A stretch of 64,000 nt of DNA from a virus (IMGVR_UViG_3300033463_000010:64001-128000); one strand, 5' to 3'; counted from the first letter of the stretch, positions 18,831 through 30,236 are shown. The notes: generated from the letters alone by a model not told the origin. Made by a program: numbers and translations.

Positions 18831-18977
18831 TAATGGCTTAATCACAGTCTGCACAGTTTATTCACAGTTGTTAATATACTATATTTGAAATAGGGTGCCC
18901 CAAATGTTCTATTGGGTTTAACGTGTTACCTCTTGTTAATGGGGCACCCCAAAATTTTTTACTAGGAGTGACCGCCT

Positions 18978-19718
18978 ATGTCTTTGAAGATACGACTTCA
19001 CGAATCAAGCGTGACCCGCATTATGTCACACTTGAAGAACTACGACTGCGGGACCATTACTGCGTTCCGTGGAACCTGTGCAAACGCTACGGACAACACC
19101 CTGGATTCCGTCAAGGAATACGAGGGTAAGTCTATCCCGCTTTCTGTAAAGAAGCAGTGGAACCGTGACTTGAAAGCAGCCCTGCTCAAGTTGGGCTACG
19201 GTGTGACCGCTATCAAGGGTCGCTACCGTGAAGACGGTTGGGACACCGCTTCGGACGAAGAATCGTTCTTTGTCGTGAACCTTACCGACGACCCCGACTT
19301 TATCAAGAATATGGCTCGCCTGGGCGAAGCCTACAACCAGGACAGTATCTTGATTAAGGAAAAGGGCAGTGACAACGCCTACCTGTTGGGAACCAACACT
19401 AGCGAGGGTGACTTTGACCCCGCCCTGGGCGAAACGCAGGACATTGGTAAGCTGCACGTAAATATCCCGTTGGACTACCTGGGTGCTTCGTCCGTTATCG
19501 GTAACAAGGCATTCATTTTCAAGGGTGACGACGAAAGCAAGAACGAAGCCAACGGCAATCCGTTTTCGCTTGACACGTTCTTTGCTTACGGCAATTACAG
19601 CAAGAGCGGTATTGCCCAACGTGCGAAGCCCGTGTTGGAAGCCCTGGGTCTGCCGACAAGTCGTCCGATAGCTGCATACAAGCAGGCGTTGGAAAATGCG
19701 GTTTCTTTTAATAAGTAA
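18978..19718 (+). CDS. Conserved myovirus protein with MSLKIRLHE leader (putative internal head protein)
   Basis: AGGAG RBS; ESSVTRI..DCGTITAFR..GYGVT..G.Y.E..EESFFV..YNQDSIL motif recalled from T4-like phage hypothetical proteins. Confidence 0.65.
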   Translation: MSLKIRLHESSVTRIMSHLKNYDCGTITAFRGTCANATDNTLDSVKEYEGKSIPLSVKKQWNRDLKAALLKLGYGVTAIKGRYREDGWDTASDEESFFVVNLTDDPDFIKNMARLGEAYNQDSILIKEKGSDNAYLLGTNTSEGDFDPALGETQDIGKLHVNIPLDYLGASSVIGNKAFIFKGDDESKNEANGNPFSLDTFFAYGNYSKSGIAQRAKPVLEALGLPTSRPIAAYKQALENAVSFNK

Positions 19719-19881
19719 CGCATAGTATTATTAGATTTAATAAGCACCCCATAGACAGGAGCTTTTTATTGACGGAACATATTATTTTAATAGCAGCACT
19801 GCGTTAATTTAAGTTGCCACAGATACACACATAGAAAGCATTTTAGTGGGAACGCTTCCTTTGAAATATAGACGTAAGCAT

Positions 19882-21177
19882 TTATGCAAAAAGGTAACGT
19901 TCCCATTTTTGCGAATGATTGCGTTTACTCAAGACTGCATTTCCGATATAGTCGGATAGCAGGAATCTATATTTCAGTTTAGACTCTTTAATTTTAAGGA
20001 ATAGACTCTTCCAGGTTTTCACTCCCGACAGCGTTTGCTTCCATTGCTCGTCTGTTCGTTCAACGTTAAACTTTGGATAGAACCATCCCTTTTCAAACTT
20101 CTTGTATGCCCTACGTGCTATTTCAATGCTCGCTGCCACCATATCGGGAGTTGTAGGGCTACCGTATGCAAAATTCCCAACGATTGAAGAATAGGCAGGA
20201 TTTACTTCAACTAACTCATACTTGTGTATTCCTGCGAGCATCTTCAACTTGTTTATGAATAACTGTTTTTCCCACTTGTTGTTGCATAAACGATTGAATG
20301 TCTTGCCTTTCTTTTGGTCTTTGGGCTTAATACTTAAATCTTCTACTGCAAGTTTACTGCACTTCCAATAATCTACAAGTCTGTTAATCTTGTGGGCTAT
20401 GGCTAGGGTTTCGTGCTTCAACTTATTCGTATAGTATTTAGACTTTGTATCGGTGCTTGCCATACCACTAGGTTTTGTAAGACGTGAGAGGTCATATACT
20501 TCCTTGTGAAGCACTCTAAATTCGTCGTGGTTGTCAAACTCAATAACAGATACACCTATGTAGTTAGGGTTCATATCTATGCCCAAGACACGATTGTGCT
20601 TCAATCCCTTGTAGGCTTCGTTGTAAATCAAGGATTCATCGTAGGTAAGGAACAGGTGCTTGTCCGTGAACTTCACGGTTACGGGCATCTTCTTTTGGTC
20701 TGTAAGTTCTTGAACTTTTGCTAGTTCGTCGGCTAACTTCTTTTTTACAGGACAGAATTGTATTTCTTTATGGATGCTGCTAGAGGGCTTATACTCTATG
20801 CGGTTGTGGGTTAAATCAAAGTTTATGAGTCTGTTGCCCTTATGGTTTTTGCACCCTACGCTGCAAACAGGGTTCATTCGGTTATAAGTGTATTGTTCCC
20901 TGGTTATGTGCTTTGTTAAGTATTGTTTAAGATTATGTATTCCCCCAAAAACGATATGCCTGCTTTTTACGGAATCAAATAAGTTGTGTGCTTCTTTTGT
21001 TGCTGAAAGTATTATCCAACAGTTCACTTGGAAATGCTTTGATACCCGTGCATATACTTCTGTTTCGGGCATTCCGTCTTGAAAGCGATTAAACGCCATA
21101 CGAACCGCACTGCTAAATACACGCATATCATTTAGCACGTCGGGTCTGTTTATTATTTTTAGTTTTACCGTTCTCAC
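19882..21177 (-). CDS. tnpB: TnpB/Cas12f-like RuvC nuclease lacking a zinc finger (copy B)
   Basis: Same catalytic motifs as 11816..13111; highly similar from KEIQFCPVKKKLA onward. Confidence 0.85.
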   Translation of the reverse strand: MRTVKLKIINRPDVLNDMRVFSSAVRMAFNRFQDGMPETEVYARVSKHFQVNCWIILSATKEAHNLFDSVKSRHIVFGGIHNLKQYLTKHITREQYTYNRMNPVCSVGCKNHKGNRLINFDLTHNRIEYKPSSSIHKEIQFCPVKKKLADELAKVQELTDQKKMPVTVKFTDKHLFLTYDESLIYNEAYKGLKHNRVLGIDMNPNYIGVSVIEFDNHDEFRVLHKEVYDLSRLTKPSGMASTDTKSKYYTNKLKHETLAIAHKINRLVDYWKCSKLAVEDLSIKPKDQKKGKTFNRLCNNKWEKQLFINKLKMLAGIHKYELVEVNPAYSSIVGNFAYGSPTTPDMVAASIEIARRAYKKFEKGWFYPKFNVERTDEQWKQTLSGVKTWKSLFLKIKESKLKYRFLLSDYIGNAVLSKRNHSQKWERYLFA

Positions 21178-21296
21178 ATCTTAAATATACATTATTCTAT
21201 AACATACAGTATGAGTTATCTTGATAATTTTTTTATTTTTGACGGCATCCTGCTATATATGTAGTAGGTTATTATTTCTATGATAGAGGTCCTAAT

Positions 21297-21689
21297 ATGT
21301 CAAAAAACCACGGGTCAAAAGTGACACCCATATCGGCAAAACTTTTCTATGAAAAAGCAATAGCCGACAAAGCCAAGAATTATGCCGAGTTGTTTAGGGA
21401 GGCGTTTCCTACCGAATCTTCTTTGCTTATTGCCCTTGACAATGCCGCGAGGTTCCTGTCAACGTCCTATTTGGCTTTGAACGGCAACGTGACCGCAGAT
21501 TACTTCTGCCTGCACAGCCCGCTTGCGAACTATCCCGACCAACTGCTTTCCTTGATGGTCCTGTTCGTGGACTGCGGTGTGTTTGTCCCGACGGACGAAA
21601 ACCACTTGACGTTCTCACTTGCCTGTGCGAACACCTGGAAGTTCGTAGGTTTTCAAGCGGACGCACCGCAGGGGGAAGTCAGTAAGTGA
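21297..21689 (+). CDS. Hypothetical protein
   Basis: GAGG RBS; ORF track. Confidence 0.6.
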   Translation: MSKNHGSKVTPISAKLFYEKAIADKAKNYAELFREAFPTESSLLIALDNAARFLSTSYLALNGNVTADYFCLHSPLANYPDQLLSLMVLFVDCGVFVPTDENHLTFSLACANTWKFVGFQADAPQGEVSK

Positions 21690-21890
21690 GCCGTCATAAG
21701 AAATACCCTGTAAGCACTCACGAAGATTCCGATATGGTGACAGTCCCGAAATGGGAATATGACACCCTGCGTGAAATCGCCAAACTTCACACAGACCTGT
21801 TGGAGCGGGTCCGTGTAAAGCTGCCCACGGTCTATACCGATTTCAAGAAAGCCCACGGGTAGCCGTCAAAAAAAAATCAAAAAATTTAAA

Positions 21891-21927
21891 AATACCTGTT
21901 GACAAGCAGCAGGTATTTTGTTATATT
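21891..21927 (+). promoter_or_regulatory. Early promoter (inverted-repeat class)
   Basis: aatacctg-TTGACA-agcag-caggtatt...TATATT; 17-nt spacer. Confidence 0.85.
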
Positions 21928-21971
21928 TACAGTGTAAAGAGAAAGACAACCACCCACACCGAGGTTCCAAA

Positions 21972-22589
21972 ATGGCGATTAAGTTCTACGACGGCACTGA
22001 AAAGTATAACGGCTGCGTCCTGTATTTGGGCGAAACCAACTATATTGACTCCACCTACTTCTATGCCTTCGTCTATGACAAGGACCAGGACACCTTTATC
22101 AAGGTGGATTACGACTCCGACGCTTTCGCAGGTGGCGGTTCTGCCGAAGTGGACGCTACCCAGGAAGTCATTGACCTTTACAGGGCACGTTCCCAGGCTG
22201 CTATCGCAAAGCTGAATTACGAAACAGCCTGCAAGCTGCACCAATACCGCCTGGACTTCTGCCACTACGCAGGCGTTACTTTCAGCGAAGCCAACCGCCT
22301 GTTCAATTCCTGCGGTAAGACCACCGACACTATCGTGATTATCGGTAAGCTGCTCCACACGAAGACTTTCAAGAGCGACTTTAGAAAGAAAATGGCAGAA
22401 CAGGTCCGTGCGTGGCTCCACGAAGACACCCCGAAGTTCAAGACCCCGCTTTCTATCAATCAGTTGCAGTGCTGCAAAAGCCCCGTCTTCAAGGGCGACA
22501 GCATTTACAAGGCACCCTGGAACAAGGGCGAATACGTTACGCACCTGGATAACGTGGAACGCTTCTTCAAGGGCTACCGCTCCGTCTAA
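21972..22589 (+). CDS. Hypothetical early protein
   Basis: ACCGAGG RBS; ATG at 21972. Confidence 0.75.
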   Translation: MAIKFYDGTEKYNGCVLYLGETNYIDSTYFYAFVYDKDQDTFIKVDYDSDAFAGGGSAEVDATQEVIDLYRARSQAAIAKLNYETACKLHQYRLDFCHYAGVTFSEANRLFNSCGKTTDTIVIIGKLLHTKTFKSDFRKKMAEQVRAWLHEDTPKFKTPLSINQLQCCKSPVFKGDSIYKAPWNKGEYVTHLDNVERFFKGYRSV

Positions 22590-22599
22590 CTTTTTTCAA

Positions 22600-22636
22600 A
22601 TTACCTGTTGACAACACGCAGGTAATTTGTTATATT
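22600..22636 (+). promoter_or_regulatory. Early promoter (inverted-repeat class)
   Basis: attacctg-TTGACA-acacg-caggtaat...TATATT. Confidence 0.85.
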
Positions 22637-22677
22637 CTATGCAGAAACCACGACAACCATTTACCGAGGATAGCACC

Positions 22678-23790
22678 TTGTCAAAGCATAAGAACAAGCC
22701 GAAGAAAATCAATAAGCCCGTTGAAGAGGCGGTGAACCCTATCGTGTTCAACTGCAACGCCCTTTCCGACAAGTTCCTGGAAGACTGCTATTCATCGGCA
22801 GTGGCTAATATCGGTGATAGCACCGACGGTATGCGTGAATGGTGGGAAGACAATATGATGCGTCCTATCCGTGACACGAAATCTGCCACACGCCTGCGTC
22901 GCCTTAAAGTCCTGCCGTTCACCGTCCACGCCTACGAAGAACGCCTGGGTGTCAAGGTGGATATGAACCCGCCCGTAAAGGGCTATCAGCGTTACGTGAG
23001 TAACGGGGGCATTAACGAATTTCTGTGCAACGCCTACATTAAGCCTAGCCCGACCTGCAAGGTCCGCAAGGTGTCCGAACGTGCTATGAAGTTCCTGCTT
23101 TCCCTGGGTGCCCCTGCCGACGAACTGCGTAAGGAATACCGTGAATATCTTTACAACACGGCAGCACAGCAGCCTACTGAATTTGTTTCGGACTGCATAA
23201 ACGGGAAGTTCTATGAGGAACTTTTGGAACTCCCGATTAACGGTCACACAGACTATATCTACCTGGTAGCTTCTACGGAAATGTGCCATATCCTGCACCG
23301 TCGTGACCCGAAGGTGGGCGAGAACGAATACTTCAACATTCCGCTGCACCCGTCCGTCCGTGACAGTGCCTTGCGTGGTGCCACGTTTGAATACGACGAA
23401 CAGTATGATAATTGGTCCACGGGTAACGTGTTTGATGTTGAAGCCCTGCTTACGAACCTGTGGATTGCTGAATCGCTCCGCACCTGCGAAATCTGTTCGG
23501 AACCCGACTACTCCCGCCACGCTTCGGACCGCCCTGTTATCCTGGCGGGTAAGAAGCCGTTGAAGCATTCCCAGGCTTACCGCTATATCCACATTACAGA
23601 CGAAACCTGGAAGAAGTATGAAAGTGCTTCGCAGTGCGTCCGTGAACAAAAGAACTTCAACGTGGCTAGTTGGTATGTTCGGGCACATTACGCCCGTATG
23701 CACGGCAAGACCGTTCTTGTCAAGGCACACTACGCATACCGTCGCAAGGGCGTAGTCACAGAAAATAACGCAGTGGACTATATCGTTTAG
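22678..23790 (+). CDS. Hypothetical protein with C-terminal WxVRAHY motif
   Basis: ACCGAGGA RBS with TTG start; VRxH motif common in phage early proteins. Confidence 0.7.
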   Translation: MSKHKNKPKKINKPVEEAVNPIVFNCNALSDKFLEDCYSSAVANIGDSTDGMREWWEDNMMRPIRDTKSATRLRRLKVLPFTVHAYEERLGVKVDMNPPVKGYQRYVSNGGINEFLCNAYIKPSPTCKVRKVSERAMKFLLSLGAPADELRKEYREYLYNTAAQQPTEFVSDCINGKFYEELLELPINGHTDYIYLVASTEMCHILHRRDPKVGENEYFNIPLHPSVRDSALRGATFEYDEQYDNWSTGNVFDVEALLTNLWIAESLRTCEICSEPDYSRHASDRPVILAGKKPLKHSQAYRYIHITDETWKKYESASQCVREQKNFNVASWYVRAHYARMHGKTVLVKAHYAYRRKGVVTENNAVDYIV

Positions 23791-23810
23791 GTTTTTAATC
23801 CGAGGTATCT

Positions 23811-26800
23811 ATGAAAGACAACCGCTTTATGGTGGCACACAGTATGCTGACCAATACTATCTACGCAGGGACCACGAACAAGGACGGGACCCTGTGGGTG
23901 TCAAAGTCCGAAGTTACACAGCAGGCGATTGAAGCCGTGCGTGACTATTGTGTGCAGGACCTAACCGACACTTATTACAGGGAAACAAAAGGTAATCCCG
24001 ATTACCCGAAGCCTACAACGAAGTCCTACGAATGGAAGCGTAAGGACGGGGCTATCGTTACTTTGAGCGTATCGGTAAAGTTCCCTAACAAAGAAAACAA
24101 AGCCGAATAACCTGGAGGACCCCTATGGACATTCAGCAACTTCAAGAAATCCAAAAGTCTTACCGCAGCAAGAAAGTATTAGGCGAGCAGGCACAGAAGA
24201 CCCTTGACGCTTGCAAGCGTGGAATGACCGACGATGCCTACGCATTCAGCGAGGGCTTGACGAAATACCTTAACGAAAACTTCAAGCGTAAGTGGATTAG
24301 GTGGAAAAACCCGCTTAACCCCGAAACGGAATTTTTCAAGTTCGCTATCTGCTTTGAGCAAAGCGGGCGTAACGTGTCCGTTCTGTGTTCGCAGGAATTG
24401 GACGTGTCCTACAAGGGCGACGTTCCCAGGGTAAAGCATTTCCGTTATTCGGAATGCTTCCCGATGACTATGGACTGCAAGGACTGTTCCCTTACGGATT
24501 TCAGCACGGAACCCGTGGACGAAAAAAAGATTAACGCATTCATTAAACTTGCAAAGCAAGTTTCGGAGGAATAATTATGAGCAAGTTCAACGATATTGCA
24601 AACAAGCTCCCGAAGACCTACACGTTCGGTCGTGACAAGTGGTTTACTGTGACGGACGTTTTGAATCTTGTCACTGAATTGCAGAACGCCCACGAAGAAG
24701 AAATCCAGGAAATCCAGGCAGCACACAAGCACACGCTTGACCGCATTAACTATGAACGCCTGGAACAGTCAAAGACCCTGGTTACGATTGCGGAATGCTC
24801 CCGCTCCGTCCTGGATAGCCTGGTGAACTTCGTTGACCCCCGTCGTGAAATCCAGGAACTCTTGAAGAAGCATAGCGTCACGGAAGCCGAAAGCGTGAAG
24901 CGTCTTGCTGCGAGCGGTGCCCTTGACGGGGTGTTCACCCGTGACGAACTTCAGCGTATCTATGCAGAATGCGACGGTATCGCCCAGGAAAACAGGGGGG
25001 ATTGTATGAGCGGGCAGCGGACCAAAGTTGACGACGTTCTTGACGTAGTTGCCCGTTACAATGAACTGTGCGTCACGTTGCAGAAAGTGATTTACGACCG
25101 TGACGCTATGTCCGTTGACTGCCCCGCAATTTCCCAGGTAATCCCGAACGTGAACCCCTACGAACCGTCACAGAACACGTTGACCCTGGGTTACTTTCCG
25201 CACCGTGGTTCACGCACGGAACGCTTTGTCACTATCCACCGTGACGAATTAGAAAAACTTTTCAACCACTAACCAAAGAGGAATGCACAATGAAACCCGA
25301 AATCATTATTGTAGATGGCACCGACTTCACGTCGGGAACCAATCGCTTCTATGGAATCCAGGCTACCGTGAGGAAGTTCCTGTTCTTTAAGAAGAAAGTT
25401 ATTGCCTTGAACCCGTTCTGCTACAACACCCCGAAGAAAGCACTTGCAGCAGTTATGGAGCGTTTGACCCACGAAGAACGCAATAAGGCAACTTACTAGG
25501 CGTTCATACAGACCGTTGAAGTTTACGGGTGGTGCAACGGGAAGCCCCTCGCAAAGTATGGCGAGCCGTCCTGGTGGAAAAAGTGGGACTTCACCACGCT
25601 TGCAGAAAAAGCAAAGAATTGGTAAAATTTTTAAGTTACCTATTGACAGCTACCTGGTAATTTGTTATATTCATAACGGACCAAACCACAACCGAGGATA
25701 TTATGAACGTAAAACTGTTCAAGAAAATCTGCGAAGAAGAAGGCTTTATTTTCCACGGTGCCATTGTCGGCATTGTGGAATACTCCGTAGCGAACCCCGT
25801 GTTCCCACAGTCCCTTATGAAAGCTGTGGAACTTTCGTGTGAATATGACGACGACGGGGAGCCTACCGACGAACCCTGCATTGACATTTTCATTTCGGAT
25901 GCGTTCTTCCCGTTCTGCAAGGGCTTCAATCGCCACGTCCACTTAAAGGGTCACTACTGCACCGAAGCAAACTTGCGGGACCACTTGAAGCGTGTCCAGG
26001 AAGCCTACAAGCAAATCAAGGAAAACCTCAAGGTGCAGACTACCTTGACCGTGGACCAATTCTGCGATATGCTCCGTGACACGGACGTTAGCATTCACAT
26101 TGACAGTCGTAAGGCTATGACGAAGACGAAGATTACGCTTGACAAGCCTGTTGCAGAATTTTTGAAGGGGTTTAAGAACAAATGACTTTCAGCAAAGACG
26201 TTGAACTTGCTCTAAAAGGAGGCTCCAATGCTTGACACCGAATACGAAGACAAGCCGATTAAGACAGCCGAAGATTGGATAGAATACATTAAGCGTTACA
26301 AGCAGCGTAACGGCAGCAAGCTACCCGTAGCTATTGCCGTCCCGACAAAAGATTTCCTGGCTCTTGTGAACGACTTCAAGCAGGTGTGCGACTCCAATAA
26401 TAGCCGTCGTGCAAAAATCGCTCCCCTTGAAAGCAAGCTGTATCACGACGTATGGAATTTTGCCGTGTGCAAGGCGAAGCGTTGTGTGAAGTCCGAGGGC
26501 TGTCGCTGCTATTGCAGGCTCCGCTATTCCTGTAAGCACAGCGAATGGGCTTACCGCAGGGGTAACGTTCCGACGGAAGATTTCTTTGAAAAGTTTAAGG
26601 GACCGACAAATCACCACGGGGACTATTGGACCCGCAGACAGGAGGAACCCGCCAATGACTAAAGACGAACCGTTAAAGTTCTTTAAGCCCGCTAACGGTG
26701 TTGCGACTATCCGCATTATCGGGGATTTGGTTAAGGATTGCCCGATGTATAACTTTTGGAAATCCGACGACCACGGGTGCCTTGACCGCAAGCAGAAACT

Positions 26801-28963
26801 TGCGAATGCCGAACCCGTTGAATGCGAAGTCTTGGAATAGGTGGCTGACTATGCAGGCTGAATATAACTTGAAGCTGACCTGGGACGAAATAAATTGGCT
26901 GCGAAACGTGGTCCGTGAGAAGCGTGATTTCTACAAGAATGCGTCCCACATAAACTACAAGGTTGAAACGGAACGCTCAAAGTCCGTTTCGGCTAAAATT
27001 GAAAATACAATGTATCCGTGTTTCGGGGATTAGTCTATGGAAAAGAATTTTAGGACATTTGGTTGGGAGTCCCGTTGGGACGACAAGTGCTTTGAATATC
27101 TCAAGGACGCTAACGTGTCGTTCCATAAGTGGTGGCAGGATGAATTTGAGGAACCCGCAGAACCGCAGGAACGCCAGGAACCGCAGACCGCCAGGGAAAA
27201 GTTGGAACAGGCAGAAGTAGCCGAATACGAAGTCCTGGACGATTCGTCTATGGGCTGCTCTGCATTACTTTGTTTTGGGAACTAATTTATGAACAGACCG
27301 ATTTACAAGAACGACGCTTCGGGTTCCTACGAAGTCACGAACATTCTGTTTTACTCGCCCGAAAAGTATTCAGTTTGGAACCTCGCTAACCTGGCTAACT
27401 ACATATACGACCTGCATTTTTCTCACGGGTGCGTTGGCGGGTATTGCCGTTTTACGTTCTACAACGCTACTGACTTTATCCTGGACGAACTGTATCTAGG
27501 CAAGACGGCAGTTATGCAGGTTGTCTTGTCTAACGGTAAGGTTGACGAATACAACTTGTCGCTGCACCACAATCGCACGTATAGGACTACCGACGGTAAG
27601 CTATCCTTTACTGCTTTGGAATGCAGCTATTCGCCAAAGGACCCGAAGACGAAATCCGCTATGCCGAAAGTCCCTACCGTCCTGCTTTCCGCAGACGATT
27701 GCAGCAGGACGTATAAGATCCTGGAAGACATTACCGTTCCTGTGGACGCAGAAAAGGCTATGCAGCCCGTTACAAAGAAGTTGTCAACGTTGGATTTCGC
27801 TATGGCGTATGCGAAGTCTGCACTGCAAGCCTATACGTGGGCAAAGGTTGAAGTCGCCCCGATTGACGAACCGCTTTTCAAATACGCTGTAACGATTTCT
27901 AAAAAGTGAGGACTGTATGGCATTCCCGAAAGGATATGGATTTTACGGCTCTTGTGCGTTTTGTCCCTGTAACAAGGAATGCGACCAGGGTAGGCACTGC
28001 AAGATTTTTACGAAAGCCAATCCCGACAAGTTAAACAAGCCTCGAACTCTGCATTATGTTTTAAGGACCGACAAGGAAAACTACACGGTTACGGACTTGC
28101 TTTTGCGGGGCGTGGTGTGGACCCTGCGTTTTGCTATCGGTGCCTTGATTGCTTACTTTATTTACGATAGAACAAAGTAAAGGATTTTTATGGACGAACT
28201 TGAAAAAGAAACTGAAGGTATGGGGGCGAAGAACGTCCCCGAAGTAGGGAAAGTTTACCACGTATTTGACGACGGCAAGATTACGCTTATGCGTCATTTC
28301 CTGGTGAAGTGCAAGGAAGTAATCCCGTTTAAGAAACTTTCAACGGACCCGAACTACAAGAAACTCTACGAAAGTTGGCAGGAAACCGTAAAGGAAATTG
28401 ATTGGGTATTCAGCCCCGAAACCGATTACGTCGCCTGGTGTGAACTGTTTGACGAAGACACGAACGAAGTCGTCCCGAACGAAGAACCGCTTTATTACGC
28501 ACGGACAAAGTATTGGGAGTGGTTCGGCTTCGGGACTATGCTTGACGACGGCAGGGTGAAACTGTTGGAAGCCCACGCCAGGACCTTGCAGGACACCGTG
28601 AACAGCCTGCAAGCAGACCTGGAACAAGCCCGCATTTTTATCAAGGCTTTGGACGTTAAGAAGTTGGTTGCGGAACGTGACAGCCTATCCAGGCAGAATG
28701 AAGAACTAATCGCAGAAGTTGAAGACTACAAAGAGAAGTATTGCAAGTGGCACAACTTTACGCAGGATATTTGCACAGTGTTCGGGGACTCAACCTACAC
28801 CTACGTGGCTATGGAGGGTTGGTTGAAGAAAATGTGCGATGCCGACGTTTTGGACCGCTACCTGGCTTTGGCTGACGACGTATGCAAACGTCTGCTGAAA
28901 GTCAAGCCCCACGAATGGGAAGACCCCGTTTGCAAAAAGAGCAAGAGCCTGTGTAGCTTTTGA
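23811..28963 (+). other. Cluster of small hypothetical early ORFs (23811..24110, 24125..24574, 24577..25272, 25290..25499, 25703..26185, 26228..26662, 27037..27285, 27289..27909, 27917..28180, 28190..28963)
   Basis: Tightly packed co-oriented ORFs with GAGG/GGAG RBSs. Confidence 0.7.
25635..25671 (+). promoter_or_regulatory. Early promoter (inverted-repeat class)
   Basis: TTGACA at 25643 and TATATT at 25666. Confidence 0.8.
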
Positions 28964-28982
28964 CGAAAAATAAACTATATTT

Positions 28983-29117
28983 GTAGTCAAGTGTTTAAGC
29001 CTGCGGGTGACTTCGCTAGTGTAGGCACCCTTGTCCACCTGCCTAGCGGACATACCCCGTATAGCACACTACCTTACGCAACGCCCCTGCGGACTAACAC
29101 ACCGCAGGGGTATTTTA
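28983..29117 (+). ncRNA. Candidate structured small RNA (two hairpins with complementary loops) plus terminator
   Basis: Promoter-like AATAAACTATATTT at 28969-28982; no ORF; gggtg/caccc and tgtcc/ggaca stems; terminator cccctgcgg/ccgcagggg. Confidence 0.55.
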
Positions 29118-29136
29118 ATTATTTTACAATTTGCTA

Positions 29137-29165
29137 TTGACAACTATCGGGTAATTTGTTATATT
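29137..29165 (+). promoter_or_regulatory. Early promoter
   Basis: TTGACA-17-TATATT with GGTAATTTGT spacer. Confidence 0.8.
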
Positions 29166-29199
29166 TGGGGTAGAAACCACTTAAACCGAGGATAGCTGA

Positions 29200-29394
29200 A
29201 TGAACCCACACGAACACGCCTTTGAATTTTGCCTGTATATCCAACAGTGCGGACGTGCCGTCCCTGCACGTTTCTTTACAGTAAAGGGCGAAGACTCCGA
29301 AGACGCTGCTATCACTGCCGAAGAAAAGGGGCAGCGTATCTGTAAGCGTAACAAGTGGAACTACGGGGGCGTGGAATGCTGTGGTTTGGCGTAG
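29200..29394 (+). CDS. Hypothetical protein
   Basis: ACCGAGGA RBS. Confidence 0.65.
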   Translation: MNPHEHAFEFCLYIQQCGRAVPARFFTVKGEDSEDAAITAEEKGQRICKRNKWNYGGVECCGLA

Positions 29395-29457
29395 TCGCCA
29401 GGTAACGCACCCGCTGAAAATAATCTATATTCCGATAAACAACAAAATGGAGTTTTT

Positions 29458-29592
29458 ATGCAGAAGTGTTCTATGCAGAAGAAGATTGAAAGCCTTCGCA
29501 AGAAAAGCGAAACGGTTGATGACGAAGGGCTGACCTTTTCGTATGATGGCGTGAACGTTATGGTCCACGAAGGTCATTACACCCGTAAGTAG
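29458..29592 (+). CDS. 44-aa protein MQKCSMQKKIESLRKKSETVDD... (leader-dominated mini cargo)
   Basis: Read manually; GGAG RBS; AATAATCTATATT at 29419; leader shared with 1316..2650. Confidence 0.65.
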   Translation: MQKCSMQKKIESLRKKSETVDDEGLTFSYDGVNVMVHEGHYTRK

Positions 29593-29609
29593 TTGCAGTG
29601 GGCACGGCT

Positions 29610-30167
29610 ATGAGTTACTTTTCAAAAGATGCCTACGACCGCAAGCGGGAATACGCTTACAGAACGTCTGCCGACGGTGTTGAGCGGATTGCGTCCTACA
29701 TTGTAGCCAATACGATGCAGCCCGACGACCCCGACGCAGAACAGCGTATGGACGAACTTGTGGAAGAATTGCAGCCCATCGCAGAACTGTCGCATAAGCG
29801 TCACGAAATCCATTCCACGAACCCGCAGCACTTCGCCAACGACATATCGTTGCTTACCGAGGTGGGCAATGAATACTCCGACGGGTGCTTGATTGATACC
29901 GTGGAAGAACTCAACCGCAAATACTCCCTGGTTCCCGAAGGCATTCCCTACATAGGGGATGTTCTTGTTTCTCCCGAATCGGACACCACCGAAGAAATCC
30001 TGGATTACTACGGCAAGGAACCTACGGGCGACGAAGATGCCGACCGCAACACTGCCGTGGACCTGGTTGTTGAGGATTGGTCCAACGTCATAAACACCTG
30101 GAGTTCTGCCGTCCGTGCGTGGTTCGGGAAACTGAATCGGAAGGTCGGCTCCGACTTCCCCGACTAA
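29610..30167 (+). CDS. Acidic hypothetical protein
   Basis: ORF track; followed by a terminator at ~30192-30216. Confidence 0.7.
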   Translation: MSYFSKDAYDRKREYAYRTSADGVERIASYIVANTMQPDDPDAEQRMDELVEELQPIAELSHKRHEIHSTNPQHFANDISLLTEVGNEYSDGCLIDTVEELNRKYSLVPEGIPYIGDVLVSPESDTTEEILDYYGKEPTGDEDADRNTAVDLVVEDWSNVINTWSSAVRAWFGKLNRKVGSDFPD

Positions 30168-30236
30168 TCAGCCGAATCCTGCGAACTTTAAGCCCCGACC
30201 GCCCGTCGGGGTTTTTGTTATACAAAAATTTTTCAA

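Noticed and set aside
11731-21300. CRISPR array next to the Cas12f-like genes
   Set aside because: No repeat-spacer array was seen near either copy or elsewhere in the window, so these are called TnpB-like rather than Cas
28983-29075. tRNA or known self-cleaving ribozyme (HDV/theta, twister)
   Set aside because: No cloverleaf, TTCGA or CCA pattern, and I could not fit the ribozyme consensus cores by eye
29458-30167. Stop-codon recoding or readthrough joining the 44-aa ORF to 29610
   Set aside because: The ORFs are in different frames, and genes across the window are intact under the standard code with TAG/TGA used as stops
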